DNA of 43,518 nucleotides from a virus: IMG/VR virus record IMGVR_UViG_3300045988_069980; one strand, 5' to 3'. Shown piece by piece: positions 42,780 to 43,518 of this stretch (position 1 is its first letter; each line of letters starts with the position of its first letter). The notes under the pieces were generated by a model. It saw only the letters and a program-made list of their open reading frames with translations, ran no database searches and was not told where the DNA came from. The position numbers and the translations under genes were made by a program.

Positions 42780-43518
42780 ATGTACAAGGTATATTGTGAC
42801 GGCGTGCTGCTGTACCACAGCAAGCTTGAAAACCTTCAGATATTCAGTCCGTCCTTGGAATTAGAGCTGAACAAAACCGGTAGCTTTGAATTCGGCATCT
42901 ATCCTTCACACCCAAGATACAGCTTGATAAAAAAGCTGCGGTCGATCATCACGGTTTATCAGGATGACTATTTGCTTTTCCGGGGGCGTGTGCTGGATGA
43001 CGAAATCGGATTCCATAACGAAAAGCACGTCACTTGCGAGGGTGAACTTGCCTTTCTGCTGGACAGCATCCAGCGCCCTTATGACTTCACGGGTGGCGTG
43101 ACCGAATTTCTGACCATGCTGATAACGAATCACAATGTACAGGTAGACGAAGAAAAGCGGTTTGCTCTTGGCAATGTGACCGTGACAGACCCGAATGATT
43201 ATATAGTCCGGTCTGATATTGACTATGTAAGCACATGGGAAGTCATCAACAAAAAGCTGCTTGAAATGCTGGGCGGATTTCTTTTCGTTCGGCACGACAA
43301 CGGGCAGAACATCATTGACTATCTGGCAGAATCCACGCTGCTTTCACCGCAGAAAATCACATTTGGGAAAAACCTTCTTGATCTGAAGCGCATTCGCAAA
43401 GGCGGCGATATTGCAACCGTGGTCATTCCCATCGGCGCAAAGCTTAAAAATGAGGAAGGGCAGGACACGGATAAGCGGCTGACCATTGAAAGCGTGAACG
43501 GCGGTGTTGACTTTGTGC
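42780..43518 (+). CDS. Tal-like tail tip protein, N-terminal part (continues at base 2 after the junction)
   Basis: ATG 42780 in a GTGATATG overlap. MYKVYCDGVLLYHSKLENLQIFSPSLELELNKTGSFEF. No stop before the window end. Confidence 0.8.
   Translation, partial: MYKVYCDGVLLYHSKLENLQIFSPSLELELNKTGSFEFGIYPSHPRYSLIKKLRSIITVYQDDYLLFRGRVLDDEIGFHNEKHVTCEGELAFLLDSIQRPYDFTGGVTEFLTMLITNHNVQVDEEKRFALGNVTVTDPNDYIVRSDIDYVSTWEVINKKLLEMLGGFLFVRHDNGQNIIDYLAESTLLSPQKITFGKNLLDLKRIRKGGDIATVVIPIGAKLKNEEGQDTDKRLTIESVNGGVDFV
43400..43518. repeat. Right copy of the exact 119-bp terminal direct repeat (same as 1-119)
   Basis: Same sequence as 1-119. Lies inside an open reading frame that continues at base 2. Confidence 0.95.

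Larger units (their letters stand above)
1..43399. mobile_element. Complete temperate siphovirus-like phage genome (one unit length; contig is circularly closed)
   Basis: Exact 119-bp end overlap. Full set of lysogeny, replication, packaging, head, tail and lysis genes. No host-like flanking genes. Confidence 0.9.

Overview
The window is a complete genome of a temperate siphovirus-type phage. It is circularly closed: bases 1-119 are identical to 43400-43518, giving a unit length of 43,399 bp, and one tail gene reads in frame across the junction. The strong AAAGGTGG-type ribosome binding sites suggest a Gram-positive, Clostridia-like host.

Layout:
- Accessory (moron) island: 3.1-5.3 kb.
- Minus-strand lysogeny module: 5.3-8.8 kb. 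It holds a candidate attP, a large serine integrase, a membrane-tethered HTH protein and two XRE repressors with a divergent-promoter switch.
- Plus-strand early region: 9.0-21.9 kb. It holds two Lar-like proteins, a PP-loop/PAPS-reductase-like gene paired with a radical-SAM gene, Gp157, a Sak4-like ATPase, a DUF669 SSB-like protein, RusA, MazG, a ThyX-like protein, DUF3310, a replisome organiser and loader, a Cys-rich paralogue array, and an ArpU/RinA-like late activator.
- Late region: 22.1 kb, running through the junction to 3.06 kb. It holds TerS, PBSX-type TerL, an SPP1-type portal, a MuF protein, an embedded holin-amidase cassette, GP20 scaffold, major capsid protein, connectors, major tail protein, G/GT chaperone, two tape-measure genes, two Dit/Tal-type modules and three fibre genes.

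Most unusual observations:
1. A roughly 440-bp regulatory cassette is present twice in inverted orientation. Each copy has an RHH gene, a divergent promoter with a conserved 13-nt operator motif, and a 38-40 aa ORF. The two copies carry different endonuclease genes, and the homology ends at the nuclease start codon. In copy A the RHH protein and the nuclease share a C-terminal tail.
2. The PP-loop (DndC/IbrA-like) gene plus SPL-like radical-SAM gene in the early operon are a candidate nucleic-acid modification module.
3. The MuF protein has an AT-rich C-terminal HExxH extension followed by a small ORF, resembling a toxin/immunity arrangement.
4. The lysis cassette sits inside the head module and is bracketed by related terminator repeats.
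5. The tape-measure gene and the distal-tail module are both duplicated.

No rRNA, tRNA, CRISPR array or reverse transcriptase was seen. All family names come from motif recognition by eye. No database search was run.
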